Counted from the stretch's first letter, positions 15,234 through 24,387 are shown. The stretch: 32,000 nt of DNA from Schaalia meyeri (GCF_900105015.1 NZ_FNLK01000005.1:420001-452000); one strand, 5' to 3'. Translations and numbers: made by a program. The notes: a model not told the origin generated them from the letters alone.

Positions 15234-16442
15234 TTAGCCCTCCTCGTTTCGCTCGTTGCGCACGCGGGTGACCCCGTCCAGGGCCGCGCCCGCCCGGATC
15301 GCCGCGGGCAGGGCCGACAGAAAGGCGTCAATGTCGGCGCGCGTCGTGTCATGTCCGAGCGAGACGCGCAGGACGCCCAGAGCAGAATCCTCGCTGTGCC
15401 CCATGGCCATCATGATGGCAGAGGGCCGGGTGACGCCCGCGTGACACGCCGATCCCGCGGACACCGCGATTCCGGCCATGTCGAAGGCCATGAGGACGGC
15501 CTCGGGGCGGGCGGTCGGCAGGGACAGGTGGATGATTGCACTGGACGAGGCCAAAGCCCCCACCGTCGGCTCAACGCCGTGGGGCAAATGGTTCAGCAGG
15601 TGCGCCCGCAGGTCGCGGGACCGTCGCGCGAAGGCTGCGCGCTCGGCGACAACTTCGGTGAGCGCCGCCGCGAGGGCGCATGCCCCCGCCACGTCGGGGG
15701 TGCCCGACCGAATCGAACGCTCGTGGCCGCCGCCCGGCCTGTCGGTGACCATCGGTATGCCGCGCTTGGCCAGCAGAACGCCGATTCCGACGGGTGCACC
15801 GACTTTGTGGCCACCGACGCTCATGAGGTCCACGCCCAATCGGGCAAATGACACGTCCATCGTGGCCACGGCCTGCGCCGCATCGCTGTGCGTCAGCCCG
15901 CCGGCCGTGCGCACACGCGAGGCGAAGCCCTCAACGGGCTGGATCGTGCCGATTTCGGAGGAGACGAGGGTCATGGAACCGAGCGCCAGGCGCCCGCCGA
16001 ATAGCGGCTGATAATCGCCGTGATCGGTTGCGTCCGGCAGGACGCTGATCCCCTCCCGGTTAACGCCGAGCTCGATCCAGCTAAAGGACTCGCGCTGCGC
16101 GACCTCGCGCTGGTGGGCGACGGCGTCGTGTTCGACGCTGGAGACCGCGATGAGGTTGCGCCGCGCATCGCGAGAACGCATCCCGCGGGCGCCGGCCATG
16201 ATCCCCAGCGCGTCCGACTCGGTGGCGCCCGAAGTAAAGATGACCTCGTGAATATCGGCGCCCAGGGCGTCTCCGACTTCCTCACGGGCGTCTTCAAGCA
16301 TGCGACGGGTCCGCCGCCCCCCAAAGTGGAGGGCGGCGGGGTTGCCGGGAGAGGCGGCCAGGTCGCGCTGTGCACGAGTCCACGCCTCGAGGGCGCACGC
16401 GCGCAACGGGGTCGTGGCCGCGTGATCGAGGTAGACGCTCAC
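15234..16442 (-). CDS. iscS: Cysteine desulfurase, class V aminotransferase (IscS/NifS-like), 402 aa
   Basis: VYLDHAATTP, FTSGATESD, PLP lysine in SVGGHKVGAP, catalytic Cys in SAGSACHAG. GTG 16442 overlaps the etfA stop (GTGA). The track's 518-aa ORF adds 116 Arg-rich residues overlapping etfA. Confidence 0.88.
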   Translation of the reverse strand: MSVYLDHAATTPLRACALEAWTRAQRDLAASPGNPAALHFGGRRTRRMLEDAREEVGDALGADIHEVIFTSGATESDALGIMAGARGMRSRDARRNLIAVSSVEHDAVAHQREVAQRESFSWIELGVNREGISVLPDATDHGDYQPLFGGRLALGSMTLVSSEIGTIQPVEGFASRVRTAGGLTHSDAAQAVATMDVSFARLGVDLMSVGGHKVGAPVGIGVLLAKRGIPMVTDRPGGGHERSIRSGTPDVAGACALAAALTEVVAERAAFARRSRDLRAHLLNHLPHGVEPTVGALASSSAIIHLSLPTARPEAVLMAFDMAGIAVSAGSACHAGVTRPSAIMMAMGHSEDSALGVLRVSLGHDTTRADIDAFLSALPAAIRAGAALDGVTRVRNERNEEG

Positions 16443-17416
16443 GCCTGGGCGCGCGCCTCCTCGATCGCGGCCAGCGCAGCGGGCACGACCTTCGCGACGT
16501 CTCCGACCACGCCGAAGTCCGCGATGTCGAAGATCGGTGCGTCCGGGTCGTCGCACACGGCCACGATGTGGGCGGCGGACTGCATGCCCACCGTATGGTG
16601 GATGGCCCCGGACACGCCCAGGCCGATGTACAGGTTCGGGGTCAGCGTCAATCCGGTCTGGCCGATCTGTTCGCCGCGCGGCGCCCAACCCTCGTCGCAC
16701 GCGACGCGGGTAGCCCCAACGGCGCCGCCGAGGGCGCTGGCCAGAGAACGGACCAGCTCGAAGTCGCCGTCCACGCCGCGCCCGCCACAAACGACGGTCG
16801 ACGCGTCCTGAAGAGACACGCCATCGGCGTCGTCCGGCACACAGGACACGACCTCAATCGAGGAGGCCTCCGCGCTTAGCGGGACGGGCAGCTCCTGCGG
16901 GGTCAGGGCGACGGGCGAGGGAACCACGGCCTCGTCGATGACGCCCGAGGAGACACCCACGATCGGGGTTATCCCGTCGAGGACGACGCGCATCGACCAG
17001 GAACCCCCCAGGGCGGTCTTGCCGACCTGCAGGATCCCGCCGTCGAAGGAGACGGACGACGCGCCGGAGACCACGCCGGCCTCGGTGATCGCGCCGACAC
17101 GACCGGCGATCTCACGGCCCCGGTAATCCGAACCCAGCAGCACCAGGCCAAAGGAGTCGGTCTCCAGGGCGGCGATAATCGCGTCGGAGGCGACGACCGA
17201 GGAACGCGCCGCATCACCCATGCACGCGTGCAGCACGCGGGTCGCACCCAGCTCGGACAGGGAGCGCTTGTCGGGCGCGGCCGCGACGGACAGGGCGACG
17301 ACGTCGCCAGACGTCAGGGAAGCGGCCAGGGTGACCGCCTGGCGAGCCAGGGGCGTCAGGCGGTCACCCGCCTGATCGGCCAGGACCAGGATGGGGGAGG
17401 TCATCTGCTGTGTCAT
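16439..17416 (-). CDS. etfA: Electron transfer flavoprotein subunit alpha (FixB)
   Basis: The C-terminal FAD-binding block LYIGLGVSGAIHHTVGMQSAAHIVAVCDDPDAPIFDIADFGVVGD is the ETF-alpha signature. Confidence 0.9.
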   Translation of the reverse strand: MTQQMTSPILVLADQAGDRLTPLARQAVTLAASLTSGDVVALSVAAAPDKRSLSELGATRVLHACMGDAARSSVVASDAIIAALETDSFGLVLLGSDYRGREIAGRVGAITEAGVVSGASSVSFDGGILQVGKTALGGSWSMRVVLDGITPIVGVSSGVIDEAVVPSPVALTPQELPVPLSAEASSIEVVSCVPDDADGVSLQDASTVVCGGRGVDGDFELVRSLASALGGAVGATRVACDEGWAPRGEQIGQTGLTLTPNLYIGLGVSGAIHHTVGMQSAAHIVAVCDDPDAPIFDIADFGVVGDVAKVVPAALAAIEEARAQA

Positions 17417-17417
17417 G

Positions 17418-18221
17418 TCACTTCACCACCGTGAGAATGTAGTCGGCCAGCGCGCGCCCGCCTTCGCCGGAGTCCTGAATGATCGTGCCGGAGCCATCGC
17501 GCGTGTTCTCTTCGCCGTGGGTGACGGCGGTCAGCGCGCGGCGCAGCGTCAGCGCCTGTCCGCCAGGAACCTCCACGAGGTCGTCGATCCCCCACTGCTC
17601 CATCGGCTTCTTTCGGGCGGCCTTCATGGCGGCGAAAGCCGGATAGCGGGGCTCGTTGATCTGGTCGGTGACGGAGACAACAGCGGGCAGGGGTGCGCGC
17701 AGCGTCTCTGTGTAGCCGTCCACGGCGCGCTCGATCGTGACGGTGCCGTCTTGAATGCGCAGGGTGCGCGCCAGCCCCAGCATCGGCAGGTGGGCTTTGG
17801 CTGCGAGGGCCGCGGGCAGCATGGAGGTCATCGCATCCAGCGAGGCCATGCCGGTGATCACCAGATCGATAGGCCCGTCTTCGTCAGCAATCTTGGCAAT
17901 CGCGACGGAAAGCACGGAGGCCGTCGTGATGACGTCGGATCCCTCAAGGAAATCATCGGAGACCAGGTAGGCGCGGTCGGCACCCATCTGCAGGGCGCGC
18001 ATGAGCGCATCCTCGGCGTCCTCGGGCCCCATCGTCAGGGCGATGACCTCGGCCTCGCGCCCCGCTTCCTCTTCCGCTTCCTTCAAGCCGACGGCGGCCT
18101 CGACAGCGTTCTCGTCCAGCTCGTTCAAAACATCGTCCTCACCGCGCACCAGGCGGCCGCCCTCAAAGCGGCGTTCGGACTGCACATCCGGGACATGCTT
18201 CACACACACGACAATTCTCAT
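17418..18221 (-). CDS. etfB: Electron transfer flavoprotein subunit beta (FixA)
   Basis: MRIVVCVKHVPD...LNELDENAVEAA is the typical ETF-beta N-terminus. The stop is separated from the etfA ATG by 1 nt. Confidence 0.9.
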   Translation of the reverse strand: MRIVVCVKHVPDVQSERRFEGGRLVRGEDDVLNELDENAVEAAVGLKEAEEEAGREAEVIALTMGPEDAEDALMRALQMGADRAYLVSDDFLEGSDVITTASVLSVAIAKIADEDGPIDLVITGMASLDAMTSMLPAALAAKAHLPMLGLARTLRIQDGTVTIERAVDGYTETLRAPLPAVVSVTDQINEPRYPAFAAMKAARKKPMEQWGIDDLVEVPGGQALTLRRALTAVTHGEENTRDGSGTIIQDSGEGGRALADYILTVVK

Positions 18222-18408
18222 GCCTTCTAGCGTGCCACATTCCGCGCCCCGCGCCCATATGAGGGTTCCCTCACCGGCCCGTTCCGCCCGTCACGGATGC
18301 GCGGCCCCCTCCGATCCGCCCACCCAGTTAACGGTCACGTATGATGGGGGCGCCTGTGCCCATCAGGCTAGGGCACGGCCAGTCGTTCGTCAGGAGGAGG
18401 CACGTTTT

Positions 18409-20697
18409 ATGTCCGAGCGCTCAGGCTCGTCCCGCGTCCCCACCGTGCGCGTCACCGCACCCAATCCGGTGCCCACCCGCCTGGGCGTCTACCCATCGGG
18501 GGACGGGCTTGACGTCGCCGTGGTCGCGCGGGAGGCCCACGGCGTGGACATGTGCATCTTCGACCAGGCGGGGGCTGAGACGCGTTTTTCTCTGCTCGGC
18601 CCGCACGCGGGCGTGTGGCACGGGCATATCCCCGGCTTCGGTCCGGGTACTCGCTACGGATTCCGCGCGCACGGGCCGTGGGACCCGGACGGCGGCTTGT
18701 TCTTTAACTCCCACAAGCTGCTGCTGGATCCGTACGGCAGAGGCCTCGAGGGGGTCGTGGACCTCAGGCCCGCGGTGTACGCACACTGCGTGGACGAGGA
18801 ACTGTACCCCTTGGAGTACCCGATGCGCCGCTCCCCCCTCGACTCGGCCCCGCACATGCCGCGCTCGGTCGTCGTCGATCCGTCCTTCCCCATCGCGCCC
18901 AATCCTCGCACGCCGTGGGAGACGACGGTCATCTACGAAATCCACGTTAAGGGTTTCACCAAGAACATGCCCGGCGTGCCCCCCCAGCTGCGCGGCACCT
19001 ACGCCGGCCTGGCCCACCCGGCCTCCGTGTCCTACCTCAAGGACCTGGGCATCACGGCCGTCGAGCTGCTGCCCGTGCACGCCAAGTGCGATGAGCCCTT
19101 CCTCACGGAACGAGGCCTGACGAACTACTGGGGATACTCCACCCTGTCCTTCTTCGCCCCGGAGCCCTCCTACGCGACCGCCGACTCGCGCGCCCGCGGC
19201 GCGCAGGCCATAGTTGACGAGTTCCGCGGCATGGTGTCCCTGCTGCATCAGGCCGGCATCGAGGTCATTCTGGACGTCGTCTACAACCACACCTGCGAGG
19301 GCGGTGACGCGGGGCCCTCCCTGTCGTGGCGCGGCCTGGACTCCGACATGTACTACCGCCACACGTCCACGCGACCGGTGCAGACCATCGACGTGACCGG
19401 CACGGGCAACACGGTGAACGTGGATCACCCGAAGACCATCCAGATGGTGCTGGACTCCCTGCGCTACTGGGCCCGCGACATGGGTGTGGACGGCTTCCGT
19501 TTCGACCTGGCCGCCACGCTGGGGCGTTTCGCGACCGGCTTCAGCCCCATGCATCCACTCCTCATCGCCATGGCCACCGACGACGTGCTGGCCCATGCGA
19601 AACTGATCGCAGAGCCGTGGGACGTGGGTCCCGGCGGCTGGCAGACGGGCAATTTCCCCGTGCCCTTCTCTGAGTGGAACGACCACTACCGGGGTGCCCT
19701 GCGTAACTTCTGGCTCGCGGACGTGCGCGCCCAGGCCTCGGGACACGTCGTTTCGGGCCCCAACGATCTGGCGACCCGCTTGTCAGGCTCCCAGGATGTT
19801 TTCGAGCACGGGCTCGGGCGTCTTCGGGGGCCGCGCGCCTCCGTCAACTTCGTGACCGCCCACGACGGCTTCACGCTGGCGGATCTGAGCGCCTACGACC
19901 ATAAGCACAACACGGCGAACCTGGAAAACAATCGCGACGGGTCCAACGACAATCGCTCGTGGAACCACGGCGTCGAAGGAACGCTGGCGTCAAATGGCAC
20001 TCCCCCGAACGCGCTCACGCCCTATGCGATCCTCTCGGACATGACGATCGCCGACCTGCGCGCCCGCTCCCAACGCAACATCCTGGCCACGATGTTCGTC
20101 TCCTCTGGCACGCCGATGTTGCTGGGTGGCGACGAATTCGGGCGCACCCAGTACGGCAACAACAACGCCTACTGTCAGGACGACCCGATTTCGTGGATCG
20201 ACTGGGACCTGGCCGAGGGGCAGCAGGCACAGATCGACGCCGTGTCCTGGCTGATCGCTCTGCGCAAGGCCCACCCGGTGCTGCGACCCGACCGTTTCGC
20301 CACGGGTCAGCCTTTCGGCGGGGACACGATCCCCGACCTCTCGTGGTACACGGCCCAGGGCACGCCAATGCCGGACTACGGGTGGACGGACTCTCGTCAC
20401 CGAACGTTCCAGATGCTGCGCTCGGGCCTGAAGTGGGGAGACCGCGACGCCTTGATCATCATTAACGCGAACCTGGACGACGCGGAGGTGACACTCCCGG
20501 CGGGCCACGACCTGGATTGGTTGATCGCCTATTCAACCGTGTGGGATTCCCCCGCGCAGGGGGGCGTCGGTTCCTCGCGCAACCCGGGCGAGCTCTCACT
20601 CGAGGTTGAGCACGTCACCCCACGCTCCACGCTCACAGTCGAGGCGCTCTCCGTGTCCATCCTGCTCTCGGATGTCTCCTTCCGGCCAGAGAACTGA
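18409..20697 (+). CDS. glgX: Glycogen debranching enzyme GlgX (762 aa)
   Basis: YEIHVKGFT, NYWGYSTLSFFAPE, VILDVVYNHT, GFRFDLA, EPWD, FVTAHDGFTL (GH13 conserved regions). ATG 18409 has CAGGAGGAGG upstream; the track's extra 136 residues overlap etfB antisense. Confidence 0.92.
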   Translation: MSERSGSSRVPTVRVTAPNPVPTRLGVYPSGDGLDVAVVAREAHGVDMCIFDQAGAETRFSLLGPHAGVWHGHIPGFGPGTRYGFRAHGPWDPDGGLFFNSHKLLLDPYGRGLEGVVDLRPAVYAHCVDEELYPLEYPMRRSPLDSAPHMPRSVVVDPSFPIAPNPRTPWETTVIYEIHVKGFTKNMPGVPPQLRGTYAGLAHPASVSYLKDLGITAVELLPVHAKCDEPFLTERGLTNYWGYSTLSFFAPEPSYATADSRARGAQAIVDEFRGMVSLLHQAGIEVILDVVYNHTCEGGDAGPSLSWRGLDSDMYYRHTSTRPVQTIDVTGTGNTVNVDHPKTIQMVLDSLRYWARDMGVDGFRFDLAATLGRFATGFSPMHPLLIAMATDDVLAHAKLIAEPWDVGPGGWQTGNFPVPFSEWNDHYRGALRNFWLADVRAQASGHVVSGPNDLATRLSGSQDVFEHGLGRLRGPRASVNFVTAHDGFTLADLSAYDHKHNTANLENNRDGSNDNRSWNHGVEGTLASNGTPPNALTPYAILSDMTIADLRARSQRNILATMFVSSGTPMLLGGDEFGRTQYGNNNAYCQDDPISWIDWDLAEGQQAQIDAVSWLIALRKAHPVLRPDRFATGQPFGGDTIPDLSWYTAQGTPMPDYGWTDSRHRTFQMLRSGLKWGDRDALIIINANLDDAEVTLPAGHDLDWLIAYSTVWDSPAQGGVGSSRNPGELSLEVEHVTPRSTLTVEALSVSILLSDVSFRPEN

Positions 20698-20739
20698 TCG
20701 CCCGCACCCCACCGTTTCGCTTTCGCCCCACTCACTGGT

Positions 20740-20745
20740 TAGGAT
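20740..20745 (+). promoter_or_regulatory. Candidate -10 hexamer TAGGAT, 6 nt upstream of the trpS ATG (leaderless geometry)
   Basis: TAGGAT-cgaggc-ATG(20752). A possible weak -35 TTCGCT lies 18 nt upstream. Confidence 0.35.
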
Positions 20746-20751
20746 CGAGGC

Positions 20752-21852
20752 ATGACTCGCAGTGAAGATGCCCTGGAAACAGCCACCTCCGATGCTTCCC
20801 TGGCCCGCTCGAAAGCTCGCAGCGCCGAGATCGACCTGGCCATCGACCGTGATCCCTCGCGTTTCCGTATCCTGACGGGCGACCGCCCCACGGGACACCT
20901 GCATCTGGGCCACTACTTCGGCACCCTGCGGAACCGCGTTCTCCTCCAGGACCGCGGCGTCGAGACCTGGGTGTTGGTCGCCGACTACCAGGTCATCACG
21001 GACCGCGACGGCATGGGCCCCATTCGCGAGCGGGTTCTCGGCCTGGTTGCCGACTACCTCGCCGCGGGGATTGACCCGGGACGCTCGACGATCTTCAATC
21101 ACTCGGCGGTGCCGGCGCTCAACCAGCTGATGCTGCCCTTCCTCTCGCTCGTCACCGAGTCGGAACTGCACCGCAATCCCACTGTGAAGGCGGAACTGGA
21201 GGCGGTCGAGGGGCGAGCGATGACCGGCCTCATGCTGACCTACCCCGTTCACCAGGCGGCGGACATCCTGTTTTGCAAGGCGAACATCGTTCCCGTGGGC
21301 CAGGACCAGCTGCCCCACCTGGAGCAGGCTCGCCTGATCGCGCAGCGTTTCGACAAGCGCTACGGTCGCGCAACGCCCGAGCGCCCCGTGTTCCCCCGTC
21401 CCGAGGCCCTCCTGTCCAAGGTGCCGCTGCTGCTGGGCACGGACGGACAGAAAATGTCCAAGTCTCGCGGAAACACGATCGAGCTGCGTATGAGCGCGGA
21501 CGAGACCGCGAAGATCCTGAAGAAGGCAAAGACGGACGCCGAGCGTCGCATCACCTTCGACCCCGAGGGGCGCCCCGAGGTCTCCAACCTGCTCATGCTC
21601 GCCTCCCTGGCGACGGACGAAGATCCGGCGGCCATCGCCGAGCGCGTCGGCGACGCCGGCGCGGGCGCGCTGAAGTCCCTCGTCACCGAATCCCTTAACG
21701 AGATGCTCGCCCCCCTGCGAGCGCGCCGCGCCGAGCTGATCGCTCACGAAGATTACCTGCTGTCCGTCCTGCATGAGGGCAACGACCGCGCCAACGAGCA
21801 GGCGAATCAGACGCTGTCTGACGTTCGTACGGCCATGCGGATGAACTACTAA
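20752..21852 (+). CDS. trpS: Tryptophan--tRNA ligase, TrpRS-II-like subtype
   Basis: RILTGDRPTGHLHLGHYFG (HIGH as HLGH) and KMSKSRGN. The overall block order matches Deinococcus radiodurans TrpRS II as I recall it. Confidence 0.9.
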   Translation: MTRSEDALETATSDASLARSKARSAEIDLAIDRDPSRFRILTGDRPTGHLHLGHYFGTLRNRVLLQDRGVETWVLVADYQVITDRDGMGPIRERVLGLVADYLAAGIDPGRSTIFNHSAVPALNQLMLPFLSLVTESELHRNPTVKAELEAVEGRAMTGLMLTYPVHQAADILFCKANIVPVGQDQLPHLEQARLIAQRFDKRYGRATPERPVFPRPEALLSKVPLLLGTDGQKMSKSRGNTIELRMSADETAKILKKAKTDAERRITFDPEGRPEVSNLLMLASLATDEDPAAIAERVGDAGAGALKSLVTESLNEMLAPLRARRAELIAHEDYLLSVLHEGNDRANEQANQTLSDVRTAMRMNY

Positions 21853-21877
21853 TCCCTCACACACGATTGGAGGCCTC

Positions 21878-22135
21878 ATGGCTTACGGAAACTTCCCCGA
21901 GCATCCGGACGACAGCGTCGGCGGGTGGATGCTCACCCTCTTCATCACAACCATCCCGCTGGTCGGTTTCATCTACCTGCTGGTGTTGGCCTTCTCCTCC
22001 GGCGGTTCCCCCTCCAAGAGAAACTTTGCCCGGGCCCTGTTTATCTGGCAGATCATCGGTGCCGTCGTCACGATCATCTTGTTCGTTCTTTTCGGAACCG
22101 CAATCTGGGCCGCCCTGCAAAACGGCGTGCACTAG
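21878..22135 (+). CDS. Small integral membrane protein (85 aa, two hydrophobic helices), function unknown
   Basis: GGAGG lies 4 nt upstream of the ATG. Two hydrophobic stretches (WMLTLFITTIPLVGFIYLLVLAF; LFIWQIIGAVVTIILFVLFGTAIWAAL). A strong terminator follows. Confidence 0.6.
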   Translation: MAYGNFPEHPDDSVGGWMLTLFITTIPLVGFIYLLVLAFSSGGSPSKRNFARALFIWQIIGAVVTIILFVLFGTAIWAALQNGVH

Positions 22136-22151
22136 AGCGCCGCAGGATCTC

Positions 22152-22190
22152 GCGGGGTGGCACCCATATGGGTGCCACCCCGCACCTTTT
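22152..22190 (+). terminator. Rho-independent terminator
   Basis: 14-bp perfect stem GCGGGGTGGCACCC (22152-22165) / GGGTGCCACCCCGC (22170-22183), loop ATAT, then ACCTTTT. Confidence 0.75.
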
Positions 22191-22305
22191 GAGCGGGACG
22201 GTGGGCAGCCCCGCTCCGCCGCACGCCTACTTTCACGTCGAGGAGGAACCGGCTGAAATTTCATGGCCAACCAGCACTTTCGCCTGGGCGTACCCATAGG
22301 CTAGT

Positions 22306-24357
22306 GTGAGAAGCGTGAGCGAGAACCTGCTGCCCCGTATCCCGATCATTGAGGTGTTTCCCGTCGTCGAAGACGGCACACTTGCCGCCAAGGCGACCGA
22401 AGGCGAGCCTTTCCCCATTCGCGCGACCGTTTTCCGCGAAGGGCACGACGCTTTCGCCGCCGAGGCCGTCCTGTTGCGTCCTGACGGGGGTGAGCACTCC
22501 CGTACGCGCATGGTCGACATTGCGCCCGGCCTGGACCGTTACGAGGCATGGGTGGCCGCCGACGCCCCCGGCGCCTGGTCGTTCCGCGTGGACTCGTGGG
22601 CGGACCCCTACGCGACGTGGCGCCAGAGCGCAACCGTCAAGGTGGGCGCGGGCGTCGACGTGGAGCTCATGCTGGAAGAGGGCGCCCGCCTCATGGAACG
22701 CGCGGCCGCGGGCAGCGCCCACGCAAACGCATCCCAGGAGCGCCCGTCCCCCTCGGACATTGATATCTTGAACGATGCTGCGCGCCGGTTGCGCGACACC
22801 ACGCACTCCGCGCAGCAGCGCCTCTCCGCGGGCATCTCCTCTCGCGTTCGCCTCACCTTCCGTGACCACCCGCTGCGAGACCTCATCGGTTCCTCGCGGA
22901 TCTACCGGCTGGATGTCGCCCGCACGAAGGCCCTGGCGGGAGCGTGGTACGAGATTTTCCCGCGCTCCGCTGGCGCTTTCCAGCGCCCCGACGGTTCCTG
23001 GGTGTCCGGCACCCTGGAGCATGCGGCCGAGGATCTCCCGCGCATCGCGGACATGGGCTTCGACGTGGTGTACCTGACCCCGATTCACCCGATCGGTACC
23101 ACTTATCGAAAGGGCAAGAACAACTCGCTGACCGCCGCACCCGGCGATCCCGGTTCCCCCTACGGCATCGGCTCCCCCGAGGGCGGGCACGACGCCATTC
23201 ACCCGGACCTGGGTGACTTCGGCGACTTCGACCGCTTTGTCGCGCGCGCCCGCCACCTGGGCCTGGAGGTCGCCCTGGACCTGGCCCTCCAGTGTTCGCC
23301 CGACCACCCGTGGGTGACCGACCACCCCGAATGGTTTACCACGCGCGCCGACGGCACCATCGCGTACGCGGAGAACCCCCCGAAGAAGTACCAGGATATC
23401 TACCCGCTGAATTTCGACAACGACCCGGAGGGCATCTACAACGCCATCCGAGACGTCATTGAGGTGTGGATCCGCCACGGCGTGACGATTTTCCGCGTGG
23501 ACAACCCGCACACGAAGCCCATCCCTTTCTGGGAGCGCATGCTCGCCGACGTTAAGGGTGCCCACCCGGGCACGCTCTTCCTGGCCGAGGCATTCACCCG
23601 CCCCGCGATGATGCGCACTCTCGGAGCGGTCGGCTTCGACCAGTCCTACACCTACTTTGCGTGGCGGACTGCCAAGCGGGAGATCGAGGAGTACCTGCTT
23701 GAGGTCTCCCAGGACACCGCGCACCTTATGCGACCCGCGTTCTGGCCGACCACGCACGACATTCTCACCCCGCAGATGTGGGATGGCGGTACCGCGATCT
23801 TTGCGATCCGCGCGATGCTCGCCGCGCTGGGGTCGCCCACCTGGGGAATCTATTCGGGCTACGAGTTTGTCGAGAACGAGCCGCGCGGCGCCTTCCAGGA
23901 GCCGAATGACAACGAAAAGTACGAGTTCCGCCCCCGCCGGTGGGAGCTGGCCGACGACATCGGCATCTCGCGCCTATTCACCCTGCTCAATGCGGCGCGC
24001 GCCAAGCACCCCGCGCTGCGCCAGCTCCACCAGATCCGCATCCACCCCACCTCCTCGGATCGCCTGATCGCGTTCTCTCGTCAGGTGTCGGGCAAGTTCA
24101 CGGACGACGGCACACCCGATACCGTCATCTGCGTGATCTCCCTGGATCCGCACAACGGCGTGGATGGCTCGGTCGAGCTCGACTTGGAGGCCATGGGCCT
24201 GGCCACGCCCGGCGGACACATCACGGTCGTCGATGAGCTGGATGGGCGCTCCTACGTGTGGGGGTCCTCTAACTGGGTGTCGTTGTCCCCCGTGACCCGC
24301 ATCGGCCACGTATTCAAGGTGGAGCCCGCCCACTCATCGCCCTGGGCGCAGGCCTGA
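22306..24357 (+). CDS. glgE: Alpha-1,4-glucan:maltose-1-phosphate maltosyltransferase
   Basis: N-terminal IPIIEVFPVVEDG...KA..GEPFPIRATVFREGHDA and the catalytic block FRVDNPHTKPIPFWE are characteristic of GlgE. The start is GTG 22306 or in-frame GTG 22315. Confidence 0.92.
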   Translation: MRSVSENLLPRIPIIEVFPVVEDGTLAAKATEGEPFPIRATVFREGHDAFAAEAVLLRPDGGEHSRTRMVDIAPGLDRYEAWVAADAPGAWSFRVDSWADPYATWRQSATVKVGAGVDVELMLEEGARLMERAAAGSAHANASQERPSPSDIDILNDAARRLRDTTHSAQQRLSAGISSRVRLTFRDHPLRDLIGSSRIYRLDVARTKALAGAWYEIFPRSAGAFQRPDGSWVSGTLEHAAEDLPRIADMGFDVVYLTPIHPIGTTYRKGKNNSLTAAPGDPGSPYGIGSPEGGHDAIHPDLGDFGDFDRFVARARHLGLEVALDLALQCSPDHPWVTDHPEWFTTRADGTIAYAENPPKKYQDIYPLNFDNDPEGIYNAIRDVIEVWIRHGVTIFRVDNPHTKPIPFWERMLADVKGAHPGTLFLAEAFTRPAMMRTLGAVGFDQSYTYFAWRTAKREIEEYLLEVSQDTAHLMRPAFWPTTHDILTPQMWDGGTAIFAIRAMLAALGSPTWGIYSGYEFVENEPRGAFQEPNDNEKYEFRPRRWELADDIGISRLFTLLNAARAKHPALRQLHQIRIHPTSSDRLIAFSRQVSGKFTDDGTPDTVICVISLDPHNGVDGSVELDLEAMGLATPGGHITVVDELDGRSYVWGSSNWVSLSPVTRIGHVFKVEPAHSSPWAQA

Positions 24358-24367
24358 CGCCCGCGCG

Positions 24368-24387
24368 GTGTACGGCGCGCCGTACAC
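24368..24387. repeat. Perfect 20-nt palindrome GTGTACGGCGCGCCGTACAC in the glgE-glgB spacer
   Basis: Read directly, 10 nt after the glgE stop. As RNA it would form an 8-bp stem with a CGCG loop. No U-tract. Confidence 0.8.

Noticed and set aside
16443-16790. Upstream extension of the cysteine desulfurase ORF. There are analogous extensions of glgX (18001-18408), leuS (8746-8868), the HIT gene (8853-8927), cysE (3449-3517) and the DtxR-like gene (10153-10293).
   Set aside because: The extensions overlap neighbouring genes or a tRNA, are low-complexity, and internal starts with good SDs or 4-nt stop/start overlaps give proteins of canonical length.
22261-23757. 498-aa minus-strand ORF opposite glgE, the longest unexplained ORF in the track.
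   Set aside because: Same artefact as above. It is antisense to a well-supported GlgE gene, has no SD and no recognisable domain, and its composition is dominated by R/G/V/A/D.
24374-24381. Rare-cutter style palindromes (GGCGCGCC here, ACGCGT at 10636-10641, GTTAAC at 10673-10678) as possible cloning scars or engineered DNA.
   Set aside because: GC-rich 6-8-mers are expected by chance in this composition. The flanks are continuous native-looking sequence and no vector-like features are present.
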